NCBI GenBank assembly: GCA_013202845.1 | Contig: JABMPT010000005.1 | Coordinates: forward strand, 71,308-135,307 | Source: Candidatus Woesearchaeota archaeon | GTDB lineage: Archaea > Nanobdellota > Nanobdellia > Woesearchaeales > GCA-2686295 | DNA: 64,000 bases | Direction: 5' to 3' | Shown: one piece after another, positions 18,596 to 27,703 of the stretch | Layout: the number at the start of each line of letters is the position of its first letter | How positions within the stretch are numbered: position 1 is the first letter of the stretch | Notes under the pieces: model-generated | Databases searched by the model: none | What the model was told of the DNA's origin: nothing | The model's input: only the letters and a program-made list of their open reading frames with translations | Made by a program: the position numbers and the translations under genes

Positions 18596-19838
18596 TATAT
18601 ATTGGAAAATCCTCGCACAATTGTTTTACTTCTTGCTTCACTTTTAACTTATAATCCTTGCTATCCTTATTTTTCAAAGTTTTCATCATTAATTCAGCCA
18701 GAAGTTTCATTTCCGATTCTTTCATTCCTCTAGTGGTCAAACCAGCAGTGCCTATTCGTATTCCACTTGGATCAAAAGGACTTCTCTTATCATAAGGAAC
18801 CATGTTTTTGTTGACGATTATGCCAACTTCTTCCAATAAGCTTTCTGCTTCCTTTCCAGAAATATTTAGACTTGTTAAATCTGCTAAGATTAAATGATTA
18901 TCAGTTCCTCCTGAAACTAGATTCATTCCTCGATTTGTGAGTTCTTCTGCTAATGTTTTACAGTTTTTCACTATTTGTTTAGCATACTCTTTAAACTCTG
19001 GTTTTAATGCTTCTCCAAAAGCTACTGTCATACCTGCTGTGGTATGGTTGTGAGGTCCTCCTTGCATCCCTGGAAATACTGCTCTATCAATGTCTTTTGC
19101 AAATTTTTCTTTGCAGAGTATCATAGCTCCTCTTGGACCTCTTAAGGTTTTATGAGTTGTTGTAGTGATTATATCTGTGAATGGAAAGGGACTTGGATGA
19201 ACTTTGGCAGCTATTAATCCAGCTATGTGGGACATATCAACCATGCTTATTGCTCCAATTTCTTCAGCTATCTCATGAAATATCTTGAAATCAATCTCTC
19301 TTGGATAAGCGGTTGCTCCTGAAAGAATCAATTTTGGCTTTTCTTTCTTTGCCAGTTTTCTTATCTCATCATAATCAATCAAATGTGTTTTCTTATCAAC
19401 TCCATACTGTATGAATTTGTAAGTCTTCCCTGAGAAATTTATTGGATGACCATGAGTTAGATGACCTCCATGAGCGAGGTTCATTCCAAGAACTTTATCT
19501 CCATGATTTAGAACTGCAAAATATACTTCAAGATTAGCAGGTGAGCCTGAGTATGGTTGAACATTGACATGTTCTGCTCCAAATAGTTCCTTTGCTCTTT
19601 CCTGAGCAAGTATTTCTATCTCATCTACATATTTGTTTCCGCCGTAGTATCGCTTTGCAGGATATCCTTCAGAATATTTATTTGTGAAAACACTACCTGT
19701 CGCTCTTAGAACATTTGTGCTTACAAAGTTCTCTGAAGCAATAAGTCCTAAAGTACTTTGTTGTCTTTTTAGCTCATTAACTAGAATATCTGAGGCTTTC
19801 TTGTCTTTTTCTCTTAGTTTTTTATATTCCCCCTTCAT
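18585..19838 (-). CDS. glyA: Serine hydroxymethyltransferase GlyA.
   Basis: LIASENFVS, the TNKYSEGYP..RYYGG motif and the THKTLRGPRG PLP-lysine region. The start was trimmed to the internal Met (MKGEYKKL); the ORF track extends it to 19937. Confidence 0.85.
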   Translation of the reverse strand: MKGEYKKLREKDKKASDILVNELKRQQSTLGLIASENFVSTNVLRATGSVFTNKYSEGYPAKRYYGGNKYVDEIEILAQERAKELFGAEHVNVQPYSGSPANLEVYFAVLNHGDKVLGMNLAHGGHLTHGHPINFSGKTYKFIQYGVDKKTHLIDYDEIRKLAKKEKPKLILSGATAYPREIDFKIFHEIAEEIGAISMVDMSHIAGLIAAKVHPSPFPFTDIITTTTHKTLRGPRGAMILCKEKFAKDIDRAVFPGMQGGPHNHTTAGMTVAFGEALKPEFKEYAKQIVKNCKTLAEELTNRGMNLVSGGTDNHLILADLTSLNISGKEAESLLEEVGIIVNKNMVPYDKRSPFDPSGIRIGTAGLTTRGMKESEMKLLAELMMKTLKNKDSKDYKLKVKQEVKQLCEDFPIYNDL

Positions 19839-19927
19839 AAGGTGGACTACTAGTACCAGATTTATTAATCTTTCTGAAATCGAAAATTTCAGAAGCCCAT
19901 AAACTTGTTTAAGTATATTTCTGAAAT

Positions 19928-20482
19928 CTATCCACAATTCATAACTCTTTCCTCTGTGATAATTATGTCTACAGGAATATCATGTGTTTGATTCGGTAAT
20001 TCCTTGACAACTTGCTTTTCAAAAGCTAAACCTATCTTCAAAGCATTACTTATTTTTCTCAAGAATTTGTCATAATATCCTTTACCATAACCTAGTCTAT
20101 GGCCTTTTTGGTCAAATACTATGCCAGGAACTATAACAATATCAAGAGGAATTGTTTCTTCTATTGGATTAATAGGTTCTAATATCTCAAATATTCCTTT
20201 TTTTAGTTTAGCAAACCCTAGAAACTTGGTGTATTTTATCTCATCTCCAACTACATAAGGAATAAAAACTTCTTTAGTTTCACTAATTTCTGTTATTAAA
20301 GTATGTGTTTGTACTTCATTATCGATAGAGATATAACAATGAACTTTTCTTGAAGCTGTGAATTCTTCTAAGTCAAAAAGTATTTTTTTTATTTTATTAC
20401 TCTTATTAGCCACAACTTCCTTACTCAGGCTATTTCTTTTTACTAATATTTCTTGTCTAAGAGTTTGCTTAAATTGATTCAT
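19928..20482 (-). CDS. 5-formyltetrahydrofolate cyclo-ligase (MTHFS).
   Basis: C-terminal GYGKGYYDKFL matches the 5-FCL signature; length is 184 aa. Confidence 0.65.
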   Translation of the reverse strand: MNQFKQTLRQEILVKRNSLSKEVVANKSNKIKKILFDLEEFTASRKVHCYISIDNEVQTHTLITEISETKEVFIPYVVGDEIKYTKFLGFAKLKKGIFEILEPINPIEETIPLDIVIVPGIVFDQKGHRLGYGKGYYDKFLRKISNALKIGLAFEKQVVKELPNQTHDIPVDIIITEERVMNCG

Positions 20483-21140
20483 CGTTTTTTAGAAAAACTT
20501 TTTCTCCATTAACTTCTTTATACGGTAAATCTCTGGCTCCAAGAAAATATGTTGCTCTGATTCTTAGTTTCACTTCCTCTTCATTCATTTCATCTGTGAT
20601 TTTGCAAAGTTTTTGAAGTTCTTTTCTAGTATAAGGTTTTCTTTCCCAAGTCTCATTAGACTCTGGTAAACGCTTGTTTTCAATAATACACGCAAATATT
20701 TCATGAAATAGTTTTACAAGGTAATCTATTGTTCTTTCTTTTAATTTGAGAACTGTGTCATCTTCATACATCGGAAATCTAAGTACTTTTACAATTTTTC
20801 CTGAGTCAACTCTTGATATCATATAATGGCAGGTTACACCATATTCTTTATCTTTGTTATATATTGCAAAGTTATAGCATCCTATGCCAGGATATTTTGG
20901 AGGTGCAGGATGAAAGTTAATTGCTAACTTAGTTTTATTCAACAACCATTCAGGCACTATCCAAGGACAAAGAAAAGATATTACATAATCACCAAACCAA
21001 TCTTTTAGCTCTTCTGGAAATTTATCTCCAAATTCTCCTTCAAAAATTTTCAAATCTACTTCTTTTGGAATTCTTTCTTTTACAAACGTTTGTATTTCTT
21101 TACAAGCATCAGATGTTTTTGTCAGTAAAAGAATTTTCAT
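20469..21140 (-). CDS. Formyltransferase-fold enzyme (Formyl_trans_N); predicted N10-formyl-THF-dependent sugar N-formyltransferase.
   Basis: DYVISFLCPWIVPEWLLNKTKLAINFHPAPPKYPGIGCYNFAIYN...SRVDSGKIV aligns to the Fmt/PurN core (Asn-x-His ... Asp catalytic residues, SLLP-like loop). Confidence 0.55.
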   Translation of the reverse strand: MKILLLTKTSDACKEIQTFVKERIPKEVDLKIFEGEFGDKFPEELKDWFGDYVISFLCPWIVPEWLLNKTKLAINFHPAPPKYPGIGCYNFAIYNKDKEYGVTCHYMISRVDSGKIVKVLRFPMYEDDTVLKLKERTIDYLVKLFHEIFACIIENKRLPESNETWERKPYTRKELQKLCKITDEMNEEEVKLRIRATYFLGARDLPYKEVNGEKVFLKNDESI

Positions 21141-21141
21141 T

Positions 21142-22275
21142 TTAGTAGGTTATTTGTTTTTGCAATAATTTCTTGTCTATTTTTATAGATTTCAAAACTT
21201 TGATTATTCTAGGAGCTGTTTTTCCATCACCATAAGGATTCTTACATAATTTTAGTTTTTCTTTGAAACTTAAAGACATTGATTTCTTTATTGCTTTTTC
21301 TATTGAATCTTCGTTGTAACCTACATTTATAACATTAAAAGTTCTGTCTCTTCTGTTTTGTCTTGTTCCAATGTTTACAACAGGCAACTTAAAAGATGCG
21401 GCTTCTATTATTCCGCTACTGGAATTTCCAACAAGAACTTCTATGTTATTCAGTAAACTTAAATATTCATCATGAGGAATATTTTTGAATATCTTAAATT
21501 TAGGATTTTTTGAAAACTCTTTAATCTTATCTATTATTTTTCTTCCTCCTGCATCTGCATTTGGGTACACAATGATTGTTTGATAACCTAGTTCTTCTAC
21601 AGCTTTTAGAGTTTTAGAAACTTGGTTATCAGGATTATCTTCTCCTGTTACTGGATGTTGAATAACCATTAATGTTTTTTCATCGTTTAAACTTAACTTT
21701 TTGAATAATTTTTTTCTTGGAATGGTTTTATTTTTAACAATACAATCCAAGCCGGGAGCCCCAACAACATAAATTCTCCATTTATCCTCACCCATTTTTC
21801 TTATTCTTTCAGCACTATTTTCTGTGCATGGCAAATGAATATGAGACAATTTAGTGATTGAGTGACGTGAGATTTCATCAACAGTAGATGTTACTTCCCC
21901 TCCATGTAAGTGAGCTACTGGAATAGTTAAATAAGCGCCCACTATTGCAGCGCCTAACATTTCAGCTCTATCACCAAGAACTACTATTATGTCTGGTTTT
22001 GATTTCTTCACATAGATTGCTAACTTATTAATGAATTCACTCAAAAAAATAACCATTGAATTTTTATCATCTTTTTTGTAAATAGAATTTATTTTCTTAA
22101 TTTTAAATCCCTCTTGTTCTATGTCTCTATAAGTATTTCCAAAATCCTTCATTAAGTGCATGCCTGTAGCGACTAAATCTAATTTCAGATCTTTGTCTTT
22201 TTTTATTAAAAATAGCACCTCTTTCATTAAACCATAGTCAGCTCTTGTTCCAGAAACACATATTATTTTTCTCAT
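21142..22275 (-). CDS. UDP-sugar 2-epimerase (hydrolysing), NeuC/LegG-like.
   Basis: MRKIICVSGTRADYGLMKEVL...HLHGGE; non-hydrolysing/hydrolysing 2-epimerase family. Confidence 0.8.
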   Translation of the reverse strand: MRKIICVSGTRADYGLMKEVLFLIKKDKDLKLDLVATGMHLMKDFGNTYRDIEQEGFKIKKINSIYKKDDKNSMVIFLSEFINKLAIYVKKSKPDIIVVLGDRAEMLGAAIVGAYLTIPVAHLHGGEVTSTVDEISRHSITKLSHIHLPCTENSAERIRKMGEDKWRIYVVGAPGLDCIVKNKTIPRKKLFKKLSLNDEKTLMVIQHPVTGEDNPDNQVSKTLKAVEELGYQTIIVYPNADAGGRKIIDKIKEFSKNPKFKIFKNIPHDEYLSLLNNIEVLVGNSSSGIIEAASFKLPVVNIGTRQNRRDRTFNVINVGYNEDSIEKAIKKSMSLSFKEKLKLCKNPYGDGKTAPRIIKVLKSIKIDKKLLQKQITY

Positions 22276-24032
22276 TTTAAGTCATTCCAAAGAATTAATT
22301 TATCTTTTGCAATATTTTTTTTTGCGATTTTCCCTAGAACTTTGGAAATATCTTGAGGAGGTATACCTGTGCCAGGCCTCTTGATTATTATCATATCAGA
22401 AGTTATAACCGTCCCTTTTGCAATGTCTTGTTTTGCTACTAGACTTTTCTTTGCAACAACTTCTATTCTCTTCTCTGAATCAGTTGATTTTTTCTCTTCT
22501 GAACCTCTAATTATTTCTACTAAACGTATTTGCTTCACCATTTCTTTTAACTCTTTAGGTTCAAGTGATGCTTTGTGATCTGGCCCTTCCATATTTCTAT
22601 CGAGAGTAAAATGTTTCTCAATAACAACCGCACCCATAGATGCAGCAACTAAAGGAACAACTATTCCTTCTGTATGATCAGAATAACCAACTAAGCATTC
22701 TAATTCTTTTCTCATTGTTTCCATTGCTCTAAGATTTACTTCTTCATAAGGTGTTGGATAATTAGTTGTGCAATGCAATATCACTATATTATTATTTCCT
22801 TGAGATTTCATAGATTCATAAGCTTCTTTCACATCTTCCATAGTTGACATCCCTGTAGCTAGTATTATTGGCTTGTTCTTCTTTGCCATTTTAACAAGAT
22901 AAGGAATATTATTTACTTCTCCTGATCCTGCTTTGAAAGCTACAACTCCCAATTCATCTAAGAAATCAATTGAATCTTCATCAAAAGGAGTTGACAAAAA
23001 TATTAGTCCTTTTTTCTCTGCATATTCTTTCAATATTTGGTGATACTCTTCCTTTAATTCAAGTCTTTTCAACATTTCAAACTGTGTTTCTTGTTTTCCG
23101 ATATTTTTTTTCTGATATTCTGCTTGATCAGCATCTTTTGTCACTAGTTTTTCAGCTTTGAAAGTCTGGAATTTAACAGCATCAACTCCTGCATCTGCAG
23201 CAACATCAATAAGTTTCTTGGCAATTTCTAAATCACCATTGTGATTCACTCCTGCTTCAGCTATCATAAAACAAGGACTGTTATTGTCAATTGTTTTATT
23301 TCCAATCTTAATTTCTGGAAGATCTTCTTTTTCAATTAAAGATTCTGCAATCTTAAAATCAATTTCCTCATCAATATCTAAAGATTCATGAGAAGACATA
23401 ACTAAAGGAGTAACTCTATCTCCCCAAACATAATTCTCTGAGTTCATGATTAGTTCTTTATTAAAAATATATACTGAACCATTTATCAAATAAATAGCAT
23501 TATCTTTTTGGTCTTGTTTTCTTATTTTTGAAAAATCATTTTTTGAAATGAATTTGAGTTCATCTTTTTCTATTCTTAAGAACCAATTCGATGGCATATC
23601 TGCTTTCTTAACAGAAATCATCATATCTGAATTTGATTTCATAAATTTATTTATAGCTTTAGAAAGTAAATTTGAAGATCTTAAAGGAGATGTTGGTTGT
23701 AGCATAATTACAGAATCAAAGTCATAGTTTTCTTCTTCCAAAACAAATACTAGGTGCTTGAGAACATCCAAAGAAGAGGATTTATCTGTTGCTAACTCTT
23801 TTGATCTCATTATTACGTCCGCACCATATCTTCGAGAAATTCCTGCAATCTCTTTAGAATCCGTTGAAACTATAGTTCTACTTATTTCTTTACAACCAAG
23901 AGATTGTTCAATAGAATAAGCAATCAAAGGTTTTCCATTCAAGTATTTAATATTCTTTTTGGGGACTCTCTTACTTCCTCCTCTGGCCGGTATTATTGCT
24001 ATTACTTTTTTCATTAACTCACTTCCATACAC
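22272..24032 (-). CDS. Fusion of an acylneuraminate-type cytidylyltransferase (NeuA/LegF/PseF-like) with a nonulosonic-acid synthase (NeuB/LegI/PseI-like).
   Basis: N-terminal VIAIIPARGGSKRVPKKNIKYLNGKPLI (CMP-NeuAc synthetase motif). Middle PCFMIAEAGVNHNGDLEIAKKLIDVAADAGVDAVKFQTF (NeuB TIM barrel). C-terminal SAF domain. Length is 586 aa. Confidence 0.8.
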   Translation of the reverse strand: MYGSELMKKVIAIIPARGGSKRVPKKNIKYLNGKPLIAYSIEQSLGCKEISRTIVSTDSKEIAGISRRYGADVIMRSKELATDKSSSLDVLKHLVFVLEEENYDFDSVIMLQPTSPLRSSNLLSKAINKFMKSNSDMMISVKKADMPSNWFLRIEKDELKFISKNDFSKIRKQDQKDNAIYLINGSVYIFNKELIMNSENYVWGDRVTPLVMSSHESLDIDEEIDFKIAESLIEKEDLPEIKIGNKTIDNNSPCFMIAEAGVNHNGDLEIAKKLIDVAADAGVDAVKFQTFKAEKLVTKDADQAEYQKKNIGKQETQFEMLKRLELKEEYHQILKEYAEKKGLIFLSTPFDEDSIDFLDELGVVAFKAGSGEVNNIPYLVKMAKKNKPIILATGMSTMEDVKEAYESMKSQGNNNIVILHCTTNYPTPYEEVNLRAMETMRKELECLVGYSDHTEGIVVPLVAASMGAVVIEKHFTLDRNMEGPDHKASLEPKELKEMVKQIRLVEIIRGSEEKKSTDSEKRIEVVAKKSLVAKQDIAKGTVITSDMIIIKRPGTGIPPQDISKVLGKIAKKNIAKDKLILWNDLK

Positions 24033-25275
24033 GATGTCTTAAAACCCATTTATCATTTGCTTTTTTCCACAAATGAGGTGATCTGAATTTATCGGCAACT
24101 TCAAAAAACTCTTTTTCACTCATATCAATATACTCCAAAAACTCTTTGAAGTATCTTTTTGGGAATTCTTCATCAAATTTCTTAACTAAAGCAACAGCTT
24201 CTTCTCTTGTAATCTTTTCATTACGAACTTCTTGAGAAGCATCATAAGTTGCTCTACCAATTCCAAATTTAATTAATGTAGTCCAATAATGGAATGGATC
24301 AGTTTTGTCATCTATGCTGTTGTATTTTGAATATGTACCCTCAGTTCGTTGATCATTCGCCTGAAAATCCACTTTATCAACAGCAAAATAATAAGCTTCT
24401 TGAGGATCCCATTTAATATAATATCCCATATAATGAACCTGAATACCAGCTTTTTCTATCTCATTAGGATCGAGTGGCAAATACGGGACAAGATCAACTC
24501 TTTCAAGTCCATGTTTTTCAATTAAATCACTAACTTTTACTCCGAAAATAAACATATCATTAAAATTTTCACCACAGTGATATTTTTGAGAGCGTAAAGC
24601 AGTTACGGTATCTTGAATAGGATTTCCATACTCGGCTTCATTTTCACCATAAAAAACTAATGGGACACCATATTTCAATGCGAAACATGCACCAATGTTT
24701 TTTTGACCCAATATAAAAGGTTGAAAAGGATGCAATAAATTAGTATAAGCCAATTTTGTTAATAATCTATGTACTTTACCATTTGGTGTAAATAAAATAT
24801 TATCAAATCCGCCTTTATGTACCCAATTAATAAAATAATTCCATCCATAGGGAGTGTACATATGAGGAGCCCAAGTGACAGTAAGAGGATGCATATCGTA
24901 TTTATACTTTAAAATCCAAGAAGCCATAATACTATCTTTTCCGCCACTTCCTGATACAATACAATCATATCTTCCATCTGTTCTTCGGTATTTATCACAT
25001 AGTTTTTTTAATTCTTTTTCACGTTTTTTCCAATCAATATTATGATTTTTTTTATCAGTTACTTTACAGGCATCACAAACTCCATCCTCATCAAAATTTA
25101 TAGTTTCTTTTTTAGTTTTAATATTATGTTTAAACTCAACTGCTGAATTAGGCCTCTGATTTGAAATAACACATCTCTTACAAAATTTAACTTCCCTTGG
25201 CAGACCATAGAGAACTGAAACATTATCAGTTTTTTCTTCTTTATATTCCTTTGGGTCAACATTTGATGTTACCAT
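24019..25275 (-). CDS. N-acetyl sugar amidotransferase (WbuX/AglX/PseA family; PP-loop ATPase).
   Basis: SGGKDS PP-loop, N-terminal Cys-rich region (CKRC...CDAC), length 418 aa. It sits adjacent to a HisH/HisF paralog. Confidence 0.75.
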   Translation of the reverse strand: MVTSNVDPKEYKEEKTDNVSVLYGLPREVKFCKRCVISNQRPNSAVEFKHNIKTKKETINFDEDGVCDACKVTDKKNHNIDWKKREKELKKLCDKYRRTDGRYDCIVSGSGGKDSIMASWILKYKYDMHPLTVTWAPHMYTPYGWNYFINWVHKGGFDNILFTPNGKVHRLLTKLAYTNLLHPFQPFILGQKNIGACFALKYGVPLVFYGENEAEYGNPIQDTVTALRSQKYHCGENFNDMFIFGVKVSDLIEKHGLERVDLVPYLPLDPNEIEKAGIQVHYMGYYIKWDPQEAYYFAVDKVDFQANDQRTEGTYSKYNSIDDKTDPFHYWTTLIKFGIGRATYDASQEVRNEKITREEAVALVKKFDEEFPKRYFKEFLEYIDMSEKEFFEVADKFRSPHLWKKANDKWVLRHRVWK

Positions 25276-26652
25276 TTAGACTACCCCCAAAAATCTCTTC
25301 AAAATTTTTAGTCCTAAATAATCACATTTTTCAGGATGAAACTGGGTTCCATATACATTGCCTCTCTTTACAACAGAACAAAATGATTGGTTGCCATATT
25401 CTGATTCTGCAAGAATATCTTCATTATCTTTAGGAACACACCTAAATGAGTGAACAAAGTACATTAACGAGTTGTTAGACACACCTTCAAGAATAGTGTT
25501 TTGCCATGATTTGTTTTTAGGAATAACTATTTCACTCCAGCCAACATGAGGCAATCTAATCCTTTTACTTATTTTTTCAGGTTCTAATTTCTTTACAACA
25601 CCTGGTATTACTCCCAATCCTTCATGGACCCCAAATTCTTCTCCTTTCTCAAATAATAACTGCATACCTAAACATATCCCTAATAAAGGCTTTCCTGAGT
25701 TTACATAATCCCTTACAGCTTCAATGAGTCTATTCAACCTAAAGTTGTTCATACCTTCACTGAAAGATCCTACTCCAGGAATAATAAGCATCTCAGAATT
25801 ATTTATTTCATCAGGATTTTTAACAAATCTATATTCATAACCGAGACTTTCTATAGCAGATTTTAAACTATACAAGTTTCCAAGACCATAATCAACAATT
25901 GAAACTGTCTTTTTATCATTCTTATTATTCTTAATATCATCTTTTAAATCTTCTCTAATTCTGATATCATTAACTCCTTGTTCAAGTAAATATTTTTTAA
26001 TTTTTTCAATAGTAGTCTCATCATAATGCAGGACTGAAGCAAAACTCACAGCATCACATTTAGTTTCTTCAATGCATTTCTTAATATCTTCTATACTTCC
26101 AGCACCACCAGAAGCAATAATAGGAACATCAACAGAGTCAGTAATCTGTTTTATTAGTTCCAAGTCATATCCTTTTTTTAAACCATCTTTATCAACAGCA
26201 GTTACCAATAACTCTCCAGCTCCAAGCTCAACAAGTTTTTTTGCCCATTCAACTGCATCCAAACCAGTCTTTTCTCGACCACAATCAATATATACCTCCC
26301 ATTTTCCTAGGCCAGATTTCTTTGCTTCAATAGAACCAACAATACATTGAGTTCCAAACATTTGTGAAGCTTCTTTAATAAAATTAGGATTTCTAGTTGC
26401 GGCGGTATTTATTGCTACTTTGTCAGCTCCCGCTCTTAAAACTTGCCTGATATCCTCAAGGTTTCTTATCCCACCTCCAACAGTCATTGGAACAAACATT
26501 CCAAGCGCAACTGTTTCTTCAATTATATGCAAAAGATTATTTCTTTCATATAAACTTGCTACTATATCAATATACAATATTTCATCAGCTCCTTGCTCAA
26601 AATACTTTTTTGCAAGTTCTGCCGGATCACCAACTACTCTTAATCCTTCCAT
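25276..26652 (-). CDS. Fused HisF-like cyclase and HisH-like glutamine amidotransferase (WbuZ-WbuY / AglZ-AglY paralog). It supplies ammonia for acetamidino formation.
   Basis: N-terminal HisF motifs (VVGDPAELAKKY...DEILYIDI...GGGIR...VAINTAA). C-terminal HisH triad region (GICLGMQLL...H.E). Length is 458 aa. Confidence 0.8.
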   Translation of the reverse strand: MEGLRVVGDPAELAKKYFEQGADEILYIDIVASLYERNNLLHIIEETVALGMFVPMTVGGGIRNLEDIRQVLRAGADKVAINTAATRNPNFIKEASQMFGTQCIVGSIEAKKSGLGKWEVYIDCGREKTGLDAVEWAKKLVELGAGELLVTAVDKDGLKKGYDLELIKQITDSVDVPIIASGGAGSIEDIKKCIEETKCDAVSFASVLHYDETTIEKIKKYLLEQGVNDIRIREDLKDDIKNNKNDKKTVSIVDYGLGNLYSLKSAIESLGYEYRFVKNPDEINNSEMLIIPGVGSFSEGMNNFRLNRLIEAVRDYVNSGKPLLGICLGMQLLFEKGEEFGVHEGLGVIPGVVKKLEPEKISKRIRLPHVGWSEIVIPKNKSWQNTILEGVSNNSLMYFVHSFRCVPKDNEDILAESEYGNQSFCSVVKRGNVYGTQFHPEKCDYLGLKILKRFLGVV

Positions 26653-26737
26653 TTGTAAACCCTTGACTACATTTTGAGATTTTATGTCAAGTCTTGAAAT
26701 TAATCTCAGTTTTTTTATTTAAACCACCTGTTTGTCT

Positions 26738-27703
26738 TTATGTAATGTTTAAGTTTTCAACATTATGTCTTTTCATGAAATCAAATAATAATAAGTGAGC
26801 AAGAAAAGTTTCCTCAGCCAAAGGTAACATTGGTTTTTGATTATTCACAATGTCATTAACAATTTTTTCTGTTATTTGACTTGTGTATAGAATTGGAAAC
26901 TGCTTCTTAGCTACTTTTTGATTTTTATCAATAATTACAATTTTTTGCTCCATTTCAAATACTGTTATTAATTCTTTTTCTGTTGATATTTGTATTGAGT
27001 TAGTCGATTCTTTTCCAGATATATTGATTGTGCATGGATATTTGTCATTAACTACAAAAGTCATACTACCTTCCATATCTTGAAATCCTTTTCTTTTTGA
27101 ATCAAATACAGATATGAGTTGAGAATCCAATATTTCATATTTTTTCATGTTTAAGAACCAAGACACTGTTTCTAAATAATGTATTCCATTGCAAGCAAAT
27201 CCTACAGACCTTTCAAAGTTGATATTAAAGGTAAATTTTGATCTGTTCTTTATTTTTGATAACAATTCTTGATATCCTGGATATGTGTGATTAGAAAAAT
27301 TGCAATAAATAGGAACCTTATTAGCTTTACTTAAAGAGAGTATATTTTTTATAACTTTCTCAGTTTGAGATAACGGTTTTTCTGATATTATTGCTTTTGG
27401 TTTTAATGAAATTACTTTAGATAGAATATCAAGTCTTGCATCTGCAGTTGTTGATACTATTATTATTGTATTATTATCAATCTTAGGTAATATGCTAGAT
27501 AAATTGGTTGTCATGTATAGGCCTTTAAAATTTAATTTATTTTCATCAATAAATTTTTTGGTAGAATCTATTGATTTTTGAAACTTGTCATGGCAAAACA
27601 GTTCAAAAGCCATATTCAAATTCGATACTGATTGTAAATGTCTTTTTCCAATACTTCCAGTTCCAATAATCATGATTTTCAACATTTTAGTCATCATATC
27701 CAC
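26738..27703 (-). CDS. Gfo/Idh/MocA-family NAD(P)-dependent oxidoreductase.
   Basis: MLKIMIIGTGSIGKRHL Rossmann motif and an EKPL motif. Confidence 0.6.
   Translation of the reverse strand: MDMMTKMLKIMIIGTGSIGKRHLQSVSNLNMAFELFCHDKFQKSIDSTKKFIDENKLNFKGLYMTTNLSSILPKIDNNTIIIVSTTADARLDILSKVISLKPKAIISEKPLSQTEKVIKNILSLSKANKVPIYCNFSNHTYPGYQELLSKIKNRSKFTFNINFERSVGFACNGIHYLETVSWFLNMKKYEILDSQLISVFDSKRKGFQDMEGSMTFVVNDKYPCTINISGKESTNSIQISTEKELITVFEMEQKIVIIDKNQKVAKKQFPILYTSQITEKIVNDIVNNQKPMLPLAEETFLAHLLLFDFMKRHNVENLNIT

Noticed and set aside
18585-19937. A 33-residue N-terminal extension on GlyA (MWIDFRNILKQVYGLLKF...).
   Set aside because: It is not conserved in SHMTs. The internal Met (MKGEYKKL) gives a canonical N-terminus, so the extension is probably an ORF-caller artefact.
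20469-21140. Possibility that the formyltransferase-fold protein is simply PurN (GAR transformylase) or Fmt, and the folate genes a purine/C1 housekeeping cluster.
   Set aside because: Not fully rejected. Its placement between nonulosonate enzymes, the lack of other pur genes nearby and the lack of an Fmt C-terminal domain favour a sugar N-formyltransferase. Only alignment or biochemistry can settle it.
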